DNA from: Selaginella moellendorffii
Taxonomy: Eukaryota; Plantae; Lycopodiophyta
Direction of reading: 5' to 3'
Length of the DNA: 64,000 bases
Assembly: GCF_000143415.4 (NCBI RefSeq)
Contig: NW_003314330.1
Span: forward strand, 620,001-684,000
Of this stretch, positions 13,068-26,642 are shown one piece after another. The position numbers and the translations under genes are program-made. Numbering within the stretch: the first letter of the stretch is position 1; the number at the start of each line of letters is the position of its first letter. The notes below the pieces were generated by a model. That model had not been told where the DNA came from and did no database searches. It worked only from the letters and a program-made list of their open reading frames with translations.

Positions 13068-13262
13068 TGTAAGCAACCAAAGAGAACGACTCGAGAGACG
13101 ATCCATTGGGGTTTAAATATAGAGGGAAAGGGCCCATGAACAAGAGTGCACCCCCTTTTCTAAACGGTTAAGGGTCTTGGGATATTTGGAGTTAAGCGTC
13201 TTTGGGTTTGAATAGTACTGGGCTGGGTGACTTCCCGGGAAGTCCAAATTCAGGAGCTTACA
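13068..13262 (+). mobile_element. Cassandra-like solo LTR (195 bp) with 5S rRNA-derived core
   Basis: Terminal inverted repeat TGTAAGC/GCTTACA, 5-bp TSD ACAGG, 5S-like segment at 13190-13245. Confidence 0.8.
13190..13245 (+). promoter_or_regulatory. 5S rRNA internal control region (Pol III type 1: A box, intermediate element, C box)
   Basis: AGTTAAGCGTCTTTGGGTTTGAATAGTACTGGGCTGGGTGACTTCCCGGGAAGTCC aligns without gaps to plant 5S AGTTAAGCGTGCTTGGGCGAGAGTAGTACTAGGATGGGTGACCTCCTGGGAAGTCC (5S recalled from memory). Confidence 0.8.
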
Positions 13263-14527
13263 ACAGGCTAGTCTTGAAGGAACTCTCTAGTGGTGCTTCC
13301 AAACTAACTTAAGGTTGAGACTGGGGCCAAGGGGCCTTGGGTGGGAGTGAGTATGGACTCGGGTGGTGCTAGAGGGGCCACCCAAGGAAGTGCTCAAGAA
13401 GGGAAACTAACTACGGTGTTCTCGGCTCATATGGAGTGTTGCCCCACTTGAGTATCTTGCAGTTCATTGGTCCTTACCCTTCCTAGGGTGGGAGTGAGTA
13501 TGGACTCGGGTGGTGCTAGAGGGGCCACCCAAGGAAGTGCTCAAGAGTAACTTCCACTCCCAGAAGGGAAACTAACTACGGTGCTCCCGACTCATATGGA
13601 GTGTTGCCCCACTTGAGTATCTTGCAATTCATTGGTCCTTACCCTTCCTAGGGGCCATGGCCTTCCCTTCGGGATAGAAGTGGTGGGGTAGAGGTGCCCA
13701 TACTGGGCCATTAGGCCACAGTGTTTCCCCCCAGCATCCCAAAGCAAGTGTTCGGGATGGAAGTGGTGGGGTAGAGGTGCCCATACTGGGCCATTAGGCC
13801 ACAGTGTTTCCCCCCAGCATCCCAAAACAAGTGTTGCACCCAAGGCTTGGGATTTAGAGGGTCCCATGATCAAGCCTTGCTGTACCAAAAGATGTTAAGA
13901 ACCTGGAGGCTTGGTGGGCTTGGTTGTTTGTGCCTGCGGGGAGTGTAGTTGAACTTTAAGTCCAGTCTAACTCAAGGAGGGGGATTGGGAGAGATTAGGG
14001 AATCCATGGATGGATGGCTAACATTTTGTTGCTCGTGCAGTGAATAGCTAAAACCAAGTAGGACTAAGTAGGAGCTAGTACAATAAGTGGGAACCTTGGC
14101 AAGGGAACTTAGCAAAGGCTAAAGTGGTGTTGGTCAGATAGATGAGGTAAGCTGGCAAATTGGAAAGGAAAAAAATTGTGGCTTACACAAAGCTATCTCT
14201 TTGAACACTCAGGGATTATTTCCCCAACTTTAATAGCCTCGCGTTATGGCAAGCTTCAATACCACGTTTCTATTGTGCCACTCTAATTTCGCTGGTAAAC
14301 CATTTACACTTGTCTTTCTAGGTACTAATTTATTTAAAATTGTTTTTGGGAACCTTGAAGGGACTCTGTCCTTTAGCTTGCTAAGGCCTTTCTTTTCACA
14401 AACTTTTTAATTGCCATATGGTCTAACATAAACAATTCTATACTTTAAACTCTCCATGGCATCACGGTTGTTAATAGCAACATGTTCAAGCACCCACTTA
14501 ATTTTTCACTCTCAACTTGCATAATCA

Positions 14528-16525
14528 TGTAAGTGACTAAATTTTCCATTTTACTTTAGTCACTTAGCCATACCTTCGACCACTTGGAGGAGTCTCACTC
14601 ACAACCTCCATAAATCCTATTCCGGACTTGGGATTTACTATCCCCAAGAATGACATCCATGCCACTCAACTTTTGCACTTGGTCCAAGTGCTCCATATGT
14701 CCAATCCTATGATGGACACCCCAAGGTACCACCGACATATCAACCCGTTACGCTAGGCCATGCTCATTCACCTTGGTCATATCAGTGGTTCAACACCACC
14801 TGCATTGCAATCCTGTCTCTCAAAGACATCCGTGAATGATCATCCTAGATCCACTCCTTAGCATCCTTAGGGTGCCCATAGACATGGGGAATAACCTTCC
14901 CCAACATCTCTTTTCCAGTCCCCATCAAATCCCTTTTTGTCCATAGTTGTATTCACCAACACTACCACTAGATCAAGGCCTGCAAGCCCGACCTCTAAGT
15001 CCCACTGTCCTTTGGGACTTCCTCACCATGTGACCATATCCTTGGTCATTGTACTAGAGGATTGCTCCTTTTCCTTTTCACTGTCTGGGACTTTGGGACA
15101 ACATTTCGGAACACCGTGGCCTTACGCAAGCCTCATGGGTACTCCCCCCACCTTTTGCCTTTGGGTGCTCTAGCCATGGGCTTAGAGCGAGGTTCTGTTA
15201 AGCCACACCAAGTATCCAAGTAGGTAGTGCCACCCACACTTGGACTGGGAGCATTGGCCAGTCGATCTCCCAGGGGAACTAGAGCCGGCTCTTGAACACT
15301 TCACCAAGCTACTCCGTTTGTCAGTCCGTGTTCACTCTAGTCTTGGACTTCCCAGTGGGCAGCTCATCACCCAACACTGGGTATAGCCTTCCTGGGCCAA
15401 ACTGGCCTTTCCTGGCCAAACTTGCTCCACTGCAGTCCTCCCCCTTACTATACTTTTGGAGCTTACCAAACACCCCAGGGTCTGGGAGACAAACTCTTTG
15501 GGCTTTCACCCTCTCAGACTCGGACTCAGGCTCGGGCTTGGTCTCAGCCTCGGCCTTGGTCTCGGTCCCAATCTCGGTCTCGGTCGCGGTCTTGGTCTCA
15601 GTCCCGGTCTCGGTCTCAACCTCGAACTCCATCTCGGGTCCTTCTCGGACTCCATCTCGAATTCCATCTCAGGTCCATCCCGAACTCCATCTTGGACTCC
15701 GTCTTGGTTCATCTCGGACTCCATCTCAGACTCCGTCTCGGTCTATCTCGGGCTCCATCTCGGACTCCATCTCGGGTCCATCTCGGGCTCCATCTCGGAC
15801 TCCATTTCGAACTCCATCTCAAACTCCATCTCGGTCAATCTCGGTCCATCTTGGACTCCATCTCGGACTCCATCTTGGGTCCATCTCGGACTCCATCTCG
15901 AACTTCATGTCGAGTCCATCTCGGGTCCCTTTTTGGAGCCTTGCTTATTGCTCACTTCGTGCTCGTTCCTCAAGCCCTTCGTTGGGAGTTCCACTCCTGC
16001 TCTCGATCTTTCAAGTTGGAGTTTTCGGTCCAAACATGTTACACTTGTTTGGCTTTCGCTTCAGCCACTACCACATGGCACCCTTCCAACTCCATTTTGG
16101 GGCCTAGGGATTTTGTGTCTCACAACTCCACCACCCATAAACGAAGTTCGATGTCCTCATCGAACAATAAACTATTTTATAAAGTAATACCAACTTGTAT
16201 TACTGTTTCCATCTTTGGCCTCTCGCCAATATTTGTCAATGGTTTAATATTGAAGGCTCACCATGCCTTGCCCATCCTCTAAGGGGCATAGTCTTTTCAA
16301 CTTAGAAACTCATTCGACTATTTATGATGGTTATCTCCTTTTATAGGTTTAGTTCTCACTAAACCTGCTAGAGATATGAATGTTGGGAGTTCCACTCCCG
16401 CTCTCGATCTTTCAAGTCGGAGTTTTCAGTCCAAACGTGTTACACTCGTTTGGCTTTCGCTTCAGCCACTACCACGTGGCACCCTTCTGGCTCCATTTTG
16501 GGGCCTAGGGATTTTGTGTCTCACA
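14528..16525 (-). mobile_element. Internally deleted family-D LTR element (3' LTR 14528-16124, PPT, short 3'UTR, 145-bp stub of the 5' LTR)
   Basis: 5-bp TSD AATCA. PPT GGGTGGTGGAGT on the minus strand at 16125-16136, identical to the PPT of element B. LTR end repeated at 16381-16525. Confidence 0.85.
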
Positions 16526-19500
16526 AATCACCCTTGATTATGCTCTTCGATTCCTATGGTTCGATTTTATCCTTTTACTACTTGCTTTTTGGCCTTATGC
16601 CTTCCCTTTAGTTATTCTCCTCCCGTCTAGAAAGGTAGTTTTGCACTTTCTACCATACCTTAACAAGTATTCTTAAGGATGAACCTACTTAATAACTCAG
16701 GGAGTGGTTCTTCAATTTGGGTATGCTCATCATGTAATCCCATATATTGGGATTAATGTCACTATGTATGGGTCTCTTTATACCCATTGCTAGCCATGCC
16801 AAAATCCTTTTTTGGCTTTGTCCATTCGGATAGACGAACTTTTCCCGTCCCCATAACCTTGGATATTAGATAACACTTATTACCCATTATTTGCTAGGGA
16901 CTTAAACCTTATCTAATGCTCTCATGATACCAAACACCATTCCCTAATGTTTTAGAGTGTTTAGATGTCCCAATGATAATCTTTTTTGACAATGAGTATT
17001 TCCCTTTATGACAATAATAATCTACTATATCTTAACATAAGTAATTTATCCCCCAAAGGGGTATATCTAACTAATAAGAAGTCTTGGGTAGTTAGTTTTA
17101 CCAATCGAAGAAATTATTTTATATATTTTGCTTAATTGTCTCGTAGTTATCAAGTTTTACAACTCATTATTAGTGCTTCCACATCTCCATCATTATTTTG
17201 GTCACCACACTCGAACTACATGCTTTCTAGATTAGGATATGCAATCCCATTTTTATTGGGATTTTTTTAGCAAGAGGTTCTCATGAACTCGTTAACTTGA
17301 CCTCAAGGCATCACACCTTAGCACATTTGGTGTTTCCACACCATCGGCTTTACAAATTTACCCTTGTGACACTTCTCACTTGTGTTTAGGTTTTTACCAA
17401 AATCAAAACAATTATTTCTCATGCCAATTATCAGTTATCACAACACTATAGTATTCACACACAACTCTGCACTAAAGTTGTTTTCTTTCGGGAACACCTT
17501 TCCCATGACTTTAGTATAACACATTCTGCCATCAATGAGATACCCATTGTTCTCATACTTAGATTTTATAATTCTCCCCGTCCTTCGTAAGGTATAACAC
17601 ACTTTAGTCCAAATGCTTCCACTAGTCTTTTAGGATTATTCTTTGACTCCTTAGTTTTTTGGACTTTGCTAATTTGATGACCCGTAAGGTTTTAGCCTCC
17701 TAGCTATTTTTAAGGTGCTAGTTCACTAAAATACATCTTCTTGTATTTATGTCCTACTTATAAAGACCATCTTTGCAAATGTTACTTTGACATTTAATTA
17801 TGTTTTATTCCCTGTGGGCTACTTTTGCCCCTTAGGATTATCCCTCTATATGATGAGAATAGTAACTCATCCTCTAAGTACACCCCTAATTCTTTGGGTT
17901 TGTTCCAGCATTTATAAAAAGTAGCCTTAGCTACCATTTTGAGGATTCGTGTCCTCATCAATATTTAACCTCTTACGGTTATTAATTCTCATATCAAATT
18001 CATGAGCACAACCTTAACTAATAAGGATAATCTTGTGACTCCTTTATTGTTTTAGAGCTTTATCTTTCCCGTAATCCCACCTATAATTGTTTACCACGAT
18101 TATATTAGCTAGTTTGCTAAATCAAACACTCATTTGAATCACATCCTCAACTCTCTAAGGAAAACTTTATATTGTTCCCAAGAGCCTAAAGTTGTTCCCA
18201 GATTGGCCCCTTTCTATCCATCAAATTGCCAACATATTCACTTATGAATTAAGGTGGAGAGTCATGCTCTTTCAAACATGTTATTCTTTAAGGATAGACC
18301 CACTCTTGGGACCTTCTAATGCCAAAACAAGTAGTGATATATTTGACCACCAATACTCATTGTCAGTAGTTAATCATAGAAAAGCTCCCATTAAATCAAA
18401 TGCTATCAACTCAAACGGATGGGAAATTGCAATTTACTCCAACTGTCCTTCTATAGCACAAGGGGGAGTATTACAAACTTGGCACCAAATGCAACTATAC
18501 ACATATCAGATAACATCACGTCGCATCTCTAACAAATAAAAAGACTTGCTCAACTTTTCGATCACATAACAATGTCCTATATGCCCATATAGAATAGGAG
18601 AATCATGGTAGGTATGGAGAAAGCATGGAATAAAGATTGAAGGCACCATTAACTATAAATGATCATCAAGATCTGTCCCCAGAAAATAACGAATATAACA
18701 AATGAAAATAACGACCGTCCTCAAAGTGATATTGAGACTGTAAATGCCGAAATGGCAAATCATTAACAAGTGAAATAGGATTCTTAAACCATTGCGAAGC
18801 TTTCGAATCCACGGCTCAATCTTTTGAGCCTTATGAACCTCGTCAAGAGAAAGTAAATTCTGCTTTGCACCTTGTGGACATTGATCATCAAGTACAACAA
18901 TTACTGACGACACAAAATCCTCATTCAAAAATCCACAGATGCTAGAACAACAAAGTCATCAAAAAAATGAGAAGAGAGTGAAGAAGGAAAAGGAGCTCAA
19001 GAAAGGGCATTAGCATCAACTATAAAACTCCCCAGGTGATGAACAACATTAAAATTATATATCTAAAGTTTCAAAGCCCACCGAGCAGTACCACTAAGTA
19101 AGTTCTTCCATTTGAATAATGAAATAATTCCAACATAACCACCTTTTAATAATGTCTGAAAACCATATAAATATGTATGGAATTTTTTTAAACCCCAAAC
19201 TGCTGCTAAGCACTCCTTCTCTATGGTTCAATAGTTCACTTCCACTAGTTGTAATATACGGTTGATATATGTAATGGGATAGTGTTGACTATGCACACTT
19301 GAGCTTTCTTGCATCAATACACCTCCAAAACCGATATTAGAAGCATCTATGCACAAAATGAAAGGTCAAGTGTAGTCAAGATATACCAAAACTAGAGGAG
19401 TCATCAACAACTCTTTGAGATCCATAAATGCCCACTCACAATTTACAAACTAGATGCAAGATGATGTTAATGACTTCAGCAACGCTCATAATAATGCAAT

Positions 19501-22500
19501 ATGATCTAAAAGATGATCAACAAAACAATCGAAATACTACACCTTGCTCAGGAAGTGTTACACATCATTCACACACTTTAGAGTAGGGAACTTTAGAACA
19601 ACCTCATAATCAACTTGTAAACCTTCACAAGAAATACGATACCCAAGATAAGTTGTATCATTAAACCCAAACACGCACTTCAACCGTTTCAACTTTAAAC
19701 CAACTTCCCATAACTGACCCAACATTTTATAAACATCACAGATGTATTCTTCCTATATCCCCTTCAAGTGAATTAAAAAATCATCAATGAAGTCAGTAAT
19801 CACCTCTGGCATATCATAAAGAACTTCGTCCATCATCCACTGGAAAGTTGTTGGAGCATTGTTCAAACCAAACGGAATTATCAAGAATTTGTATAAACCA
19901 AATGGTGTACAAAAAGCAGTCTTAGGAATATCTTCTTTAGCCATCGGTACTTGCTAGTACCTAGAAACAAAATCTAACTTGGTGAACTAACAACTTCTCC
20001 CTAGACAATCCAAGAGATTAGCAGTGTGAGGAAGAGGGTACACATCCAGGATTATCACTTTGTTTAATAGATGATAATCAATGCAAAATGAATACTTCCA
20101 TTAGCCTTCATCATAAGATAAGGTTCACACGCCTAAGGACACTATGACTTCTGAATAACTCCCTTTTCCAACATCTTCTTGACGTTTGCATGTAAAATCT
20201 TGATCTCTTTTGGTGACCAATGACAAATAGGAACCTTGATTAGATGAACATCCATGTTGCAATCTTGGCCCCCGATGATAGGTCAAATTCAAAGAAATTG
20301 GCATACTCCTTTATGAGTCAATCAACCGCTATAACACAAATACTATTAGAGGGATTAGAAAAGGAAAAAGAGGAACAAGACAAAAACCTAGGAAGAAGTA
20401 AGAGGAAGACAAAAGTGGTGGAAACAAAGGTAAAAGTAAAAGAATGAAAAGATACAAAAGTGAGAGGAATGGAAGAAATATCAAAAAGTATGTGATAAGA
20501 GGGAGAAACCTCAAAGTCACACTTAGCATGATTGTGCCACAACCAATCCATACCAAGGATGAGGTCAAAAGTTTTATTCGGCACCACCCATAATGACTAC
20601 AACTCAAGCTTGAGATCATCTACATACACAACCAAATCCACCTCATCTCATACACATGCATGTGTATGGCCATTGCCATAAAGAATGAAAATTAGCTTTG
20701 CCACATTGACACAAATGTAGAAGGCAATATATAGCAACAAGCTGAGCAATACAAAATAAACTCGAGCTTGTATCAACCAACACAAAGAAAAGAATAAAAG
20801 GCCCCTTGTTATAAAAATGAGCTTAAAAAGTAAATATTGGATGAACTAATGATAAATAAACCCCTTGATGATACTCCTGAAAGAAAGATAAAGGGGTCAT
20901 TGATTTATTTATGCAAGGTTTTTCCATTACTCATGTGATTCTTTGTTTCTCATATGCATCTCAGTGTCTAGACTTTCCACTATAGCAGCACCAACAAGAT
21001 GTTGTTAATGCCAAGGTCTTCATCTAGGAAATGGAGGTTACCACTCTGGAAAATGCCGACAACATTAATAAGTGTGACCAACTTCATTATACGCCTAGTA
21101 ATGAACATCATAGCCACAACCATGTCCTCGTCTTAGTCCTTGAACTCGGGCAGTAGAAGCATTAACCTCTATTGGAACAGGACCATCTCCTATAGAAAGT
21201 AGAGCTGAAGAACGTGTAGCAAGAAGTGAAAGAGGCAACATCTTATACATTATGCTAAGCGAAGGGCATCGTCAAGGGTGGTTGGAGCAAGTGCATGCAC
21301 AAGTCCTACCAAATCTTGATGAAGTTTTGGTTATAATATGTTAGAGTAGATCAAGCTAGGAATGTTTGGCTCTGCACAAAATGCTTCGAAAATGAATGCT
21401 AAATTGCATCATCAATTCGGATGGCCTTTGACAAAGACAATGCAATTATTAGAAGGTATTATCACAATTATTAGCATGTCCAAATGTGCATTTGAAAATG
21501 TCCAAGAGAATACTCCAATCCTCACAAATGGCTGTGCTCAAACCATTGTACCACTACAACATCATCCCTTAGAGACACATGAAAAACTTATATAAAAGTC
21601 AAGCATTATCCCAAAAATGATATGTGGCAATCACCATAAAGTGATCGAACCAATAGTATATATCATCTATAGGATTCCCATGGACGAACTTTGACTAGAT
21701 GCAAGGATTGGCAACAAAAGCAAAAAGAGTTGTACCATATGCCATGAATGTTGCCATCAATTGAGTCTGATTATTCAATTACAATTGTATAGCATCAAGT
21801 AATTGCACTAATTACGGCTCTAGAGTCAAAGGAGGAGGAGGCTACTACTTTGCCATGAAGATGAACAAAAAAAAAAAGAGCAAAAAAGAAAAGGTTGAGA
21901 AAAACAATAAAAAAAGGGAGATTTAGATAATGCAAAAGCTAGATTTAAACCAAAATCCCAAATCCTAACATTTTTCAAAAACAATCAAAACTACCCCTCA
22001 TTTCCACCAATGTGAGTGGATGAAATATGGAAAGAGAATATAAGAAATATGCATATCAATTAGCCCAAAAACCCTAATTTATATACAACTGGATTGATAC
22101 TAATCTGATGCCTACCAAAATCCCATTATACTAATATTAATATATGGCATCATAGCCATACACTTGGACCTCACAATAATATTTTAATTTCTAAATAAAT
22201 AGTTTAAATTATTAGTTTGCTTAAGCAAACCTGTAGGATGGTAGTGGATATACCTAGAATATACTTGGAAATTCTAGGATATTCTACTATCTAACAGTTA
22301 TTATTCATTTAGATTAATCTTATATTTATAATTTATAAATATATTTATAATTTATAAACTTTCCTAAACCCTTTCTAGTATATTCTTTTTTATTCTATCA
22401 TCTAATGGTTGATATGCAATAAGATTAATCTTGTATTTATAAATTACAAACATGCTTATAATTATAAACTTTATTTGATCATTTAGATTAATAAGTAAAA

Positions 22501-22709
22501 ATAACACTACTATTAAGCAAACCAAGTGTTGCTACATGCAAGGCATAGAAATTTATTTAAAATTATAATTTACTTATTTATTTTAATATTATTTATAATT
22601 CAGTTTGGAGATTTGTAAAACAACTGCTTAGGAGCTATGTAAGAAGTAACATTTTGAAGAACATATAAGTAAGAACAATAGTAAAACTCTTGCTTTTACA
22701 ATACCAGCT

Positions 22710-25468
22710 CAAATAAATTCTTGCATTGACTATCATTTGGAATGGGCTGAATTAAAGTTCTTCTCTAAAGAATAACATTCTAACACACTCTAAACAATAA
22801 TTACAATCACAAATATAAATAAGATGAGCTCCATAACTTCTCAAGCATACCAAGCAAAGCTGTTGCTTCTTTCATTGCTCTTTAACTCCCAAGGAGTTCA
22901 CAGGTCCCTTAGACAAACAAAACATTAGAGTTGATTTCCAGTGTGCTTAAGCTTGAAGGTGAAAATAATTCCAGACCTATCTCATATCTGCTTCACCTTG
23001 ATTCACCATAATATACTTGCCAGTAGTGAAATTAGCCGAAGCAGTTTCAGACTACGAATATATTAGCATAATATACGTAATTAAAGTAAGTCCAAATTTT
23101 GCAGCGTTACGGAATATTCTGTTGGATGAAGTGTGGTGGTGGTGATGAGCAGCTAGGGCGGCAACAGGCACAGGGGCGTGGCGCTGGCAGAGGGTGGGAA
23201 CAGGCTGGGCGTGGTGCCGGCGGAGGGCGGCAACAGTCTGGGTGTGGCACCGGCGGCAGTGAGGAGCAGCAACAAGGAGCGGGCAGCAACGAGGAGCGGG
23301 CTGAAGCTGAAGCACAACCACAACAGGCACAGACAGGGGGGCGGGGATCCGAAACCAGATGACCCTGTGTCTAAGTTTACCTTTAAGGATGACAACAGAG
23401 AATACAGGTGAGTGTACTGCAGAGCCGAATTTGGTAAGACACGTCCACGGAGAATCAGAGTGAGGAAGCATGTTATGAGCACAGACTGTAGTGAATGGTT
23501 GCAGTGCAAACAAGATCTCGAGCATAGGTTTGAAGCTTTGAACTTACTCTGCCGCAAGGAAGTGCAAGAATACGGCTATAGTCTACCACATTAAATTTTC
23601 CGATCATCAAGCGACGTGCAAGCAGGAGCATGGGTCCGCGTCGGGTCATGGATGAAGATGGACAGCCGACTGAGGCCAGGCTGAGAGGAGCCGGGACAAC
23701 AGGTTGAACTTGAAGCAGAGTCACAGCAGGCAGAGGAGACTCAGGGGATAGTACGTGGGCGTCCACAATAATGAACACGTTTGCGGAGATCAACCCCTAA
23801 AAGCCGGTCGAAGAAGGTTATTCCGAATTGGGATGACAACGAAGCTTGGGAGTTTGTTAACTATCTTGAGGATCCAAATATACAACAGCGGTTCAGAAAT
23901 ATTAGAAGGCACCCAGCAGCACCTGTCATGTAGGCATTGACTGAGATATGGAACCCCACAACAAACAACGTTGCTGGTGATGCTAACTTCAACTTTCTGA
24001 GCTTTGGAGCAGTTTCACTAAATCAAAAATGTTTTAAAAACTGAAAGCCATTTCTTCAAATTAACCATTACCACAGATGACTGTCAGTCAATCACTCTGA
24101 CTTAAGTGCTTGACCGACAGCTGGCTGATTGACTCTCAGTCAACGATAGTTGACTAACAGACAGACTTACAGTAATTGGTAGTAAAAATGAATTATAAAT
24201 ACTACAGGAATTGGTAATAAAAATGAATTACAAATACTGTAAGAATGCTTGAGGTCCTCAACAGCAAAATGCTTTATCCAATGACAACACACTTGTGGGA
24301 TTTCCTCAGCCTGACCATGCCAGCCAAAAGCAATCACACTGAGTGCTCCTACTGACATGATCGTCAGTTCTGGACACAGGTAACTTACAAAACTCGCTCG
24401 AAAAAGCTTGATGTGCTATCTGGCTGGAGTCGGAGAGTTTCAGACGTGGGACCTGTGCCCGCTCATTGGAAAGGAACTTGCATCAATCCACCACGCACCA
24501 AAGCCAATGAGACTGTCAAGTACGTGTTAGAGTTTTCCAGAAGAAAAGACTACAGTGATGAATGAACTCTTTACCAGGAAACTCGTTGGAGATACTATAA
24601 CGGAGCAAAAGTCTCGACGGGCCCATACAAGAACTCGAGAGACTCAGTTGGAGATGGAACTCATACGTTGTCGACAGCTGCTGGAAGCCTGGTTCCACAC
24701 ACGAGTAAGAGACGAGGAGGAGCTCCAAATCCTTGGATCGCCATGTACGAAGTCTGCTGGATGGATAGCTGCAAGGAAGTTGACATTGCTGCGGGTTTCG
24801 ATGATGTCATCAACGACGGCGTGGATGTCCTGTCCATCTCACTCGGAGGCTATCCCGCAGTTTACAGCGTAGACGTCATTGCGATTGGTGCCTATCACGC
24901 TGTTGAAAGAGGGATCATGGTCTCTTGCACTGGTGGAAACTCTGGACCATTTACTGGATCGGTGTCCAACGGTGCTCTCTGGATCTTCACAGTCGGTGCC
25001 ACTACAATCGACAGGGAGATCAATGAGGATGCGAAAATATCAGCCAAGTATAACAGATGATCAAAAGGAGGCCTCGTGGTTTCTGTGCAGTCATAAATCA
25101 CGAATTCTCAGAGGAACAACGATTCCTTACAAACCAGCACCTGTAGTAGCGAAGTTTTCATGAAGAGATCCACACACAATCAGTCCGGATATCATCAAGG
25201 TACTCGAAAACATACCATGAAACTTGTGACTTACCTCGTGTTGCAGCCGGACGTTACCGCTCCAGCTTGGCCAAGCAATATCCCTGTCACTATTGCTTCT
25301 TTTCACCTTCTTTCTAGAGGACCCGTGAACTTCTTGGGACTTAAAGAGCAACGAAAGAAGAAGTAGCTTTGCTTGCTATGCTTGAGAAGTTATGGAGCTC
25401 ATCTCATTTATACTTGCGATTGTAATTGTTGTTTAGAAGAATGTTAGTCAATGCAAGAATTTATTTTT
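22710..25468. repeat. Inverted repeat pair (~22710-22912 / ~25315-25468) bracketing gene fragments
   Basis: GATGAGCTCCATAACTTCTCAAGCATA and flanking sequence occur reverse-complemented in the right arm. Confidence 0.75.
24275..25270 (+). pseudogene. Subtilisin-like serine protease (S8) pseudogene
   Basis: TTHLWDFL, LDTG, ESESF..PVPAHWKGTC, RDSVGDGTHTLSTAAG (catalytic His replaced by Asp), DGVDVLSISLGG, GNSGP, TVGATTIDR, PAPVVAKFS*, QPDVTAP. Frameshifts and no GTSM region. Confidence 0.85.
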
Positions 25469-25829
25469 AATAAATATAGTATTTTAATTTTTTAAAACAC
25501 ATTTCCACATGCTTTTCCTAAAAAATATTTAAATAACATTCTTAATATTAATACAGTATAATATTACTGTAGTATACTTAATACAGTAAGCCCATCCACC
25601 GTGTAGATATGGATGGACTTACTCTATTATATTCTGATAATTCAATTATAGTTTGGTCATATTGTAAATTGTAAGAAGTAATTGTAATTTATTATAAAAC
25701 AAATTTTCTCTTCAAAGTGAATTAATTTAGAATTATATGAATCCCATCAAAAACTCATCTTAAAAACCTATATAAACCTGTTTTATTTTCTAAAATTAAA
25801 TTATAATTAATTTTTTGGCTATACTATTA

Positions 25830-26540
25830 TTGGTGTGTAATTTTGATAGTCATAAGATCAGGTTCAATCTGGACAACTCATTTTTATATAAACTAATATT
25901 ATTATGAGTATATACATTTTTGGGTCTTACATTAGTGGAGGTAAAGCTCTTAAGAGTGTTCAGATTTGTGATTTTTCTTTAGATTTAGCTTTTACATCAT
26001 TTAGATTTTTGTTGTTCTTATAGCTTTTCATTTTTTTTCTCCTCTAATAGTAAGTAAATCTTTTATTTATGGAGCAATAATTGTTATAATTGCTCAATGT
26101 TATACAGTTGTAACTAGATAATTAAAACACAATTAATAGTAATGTTTATGACATATGGTGCAACTTCTCCTCCTCCTACTCCTTTTACTAATCCTCAAGT
26201 CTAGTTGAATTTCTTCTATGGGAATTCTAAGGATGATGTATATCATTAGTCTAATCACTTCACAATAATTGTTCTTGAGATGATGTTTAATTTTCATTGC
26301 ATGCTCTTCTCATATTCCCTCGATAATCTTTATAATGTTATAGCTGATTGGCTCAAGAAAAAGTATATTGATTTCTTTGACTTTCATATGTCTTCTAGGG
26401 CAAAGATTGCAATTGTCAATCTTGTTCTAATTAGAGATATTCATTTAAACAAGATTCAAGTTTAGTGTTAATCACTAAAAAATCTCAAGATTTTGTGAGC
26501 CAATATTAAGGAGATGTTAGAGAAGGGTGTTATCTGTAAA
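25830..26540 (+). mobile_element. Very degenerate, deleted family-A fragment
   Basis: Decayed LTR/PBS, gag start and pol start (AAGGAGATGTTAGAGAAGGGTGTTAT) similar to 47029-49120. Confidence 0.6.
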
Positions 26541-26642
26541 TTTTGAAATTAAAGAAATATAAAGTGTTACAAAAGTGGAGCTTGTATTTAAATACTAAAT
26601 TCACTATTATATGAATTGATATATTAAAATAATTATTAACAA

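Larger units (their letters stand above)
12796..14187 (+). mobile_element. Solo LTR, family B
   Basis: TGTAAGGAACC..GTGGCTTACA as in 50748-51960. 5-bp TSD CAAAG. Two internal tandem duplications. Confidence 0.9.
11375..18330 (-). mobile_element. Highly degenerate chromovirus internal region (E), related to element B
   Basis: 3'UTR at 12120-12480 is homologous to 56925-57110. LVKW chromodomain-like remnant ~12600 and integrase-like remnants ~16700-17400. Its LTRs were not found and the boundaries are approximate. Confidence 0.45.
8937..22175 (-). mobile_element. Degenerate Ty3/gypsy family-A element A1 (short LTRs 8937-9107 and 22011-22175), host of nested insertions
   Basis: LTRs TGTGA..CTCACA, 4-bp TSD ATAA, PBS TTGGTGGA and PPT beside the left LTR. 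RT remnant [15 protein letters not shown] at 19753-19944. Confidence 0.85.

Noticed and set aside
15292-16282. Long Ser/Arg/Pro/Gly-Leu ORFs here and at 10800-11234, 50799-51386 and 57065-57765
   Set aside because: They arise from 6- and 12-bp tandem arrays inside LTRs that are open in several frames; they are not genes. They are not CRISPR arrays either, since there are no unique spacers.
25580-25630. 19-bp-stem hairpin in AT-rich DNA
   Set aside because: Single, short and without TSD or other support.
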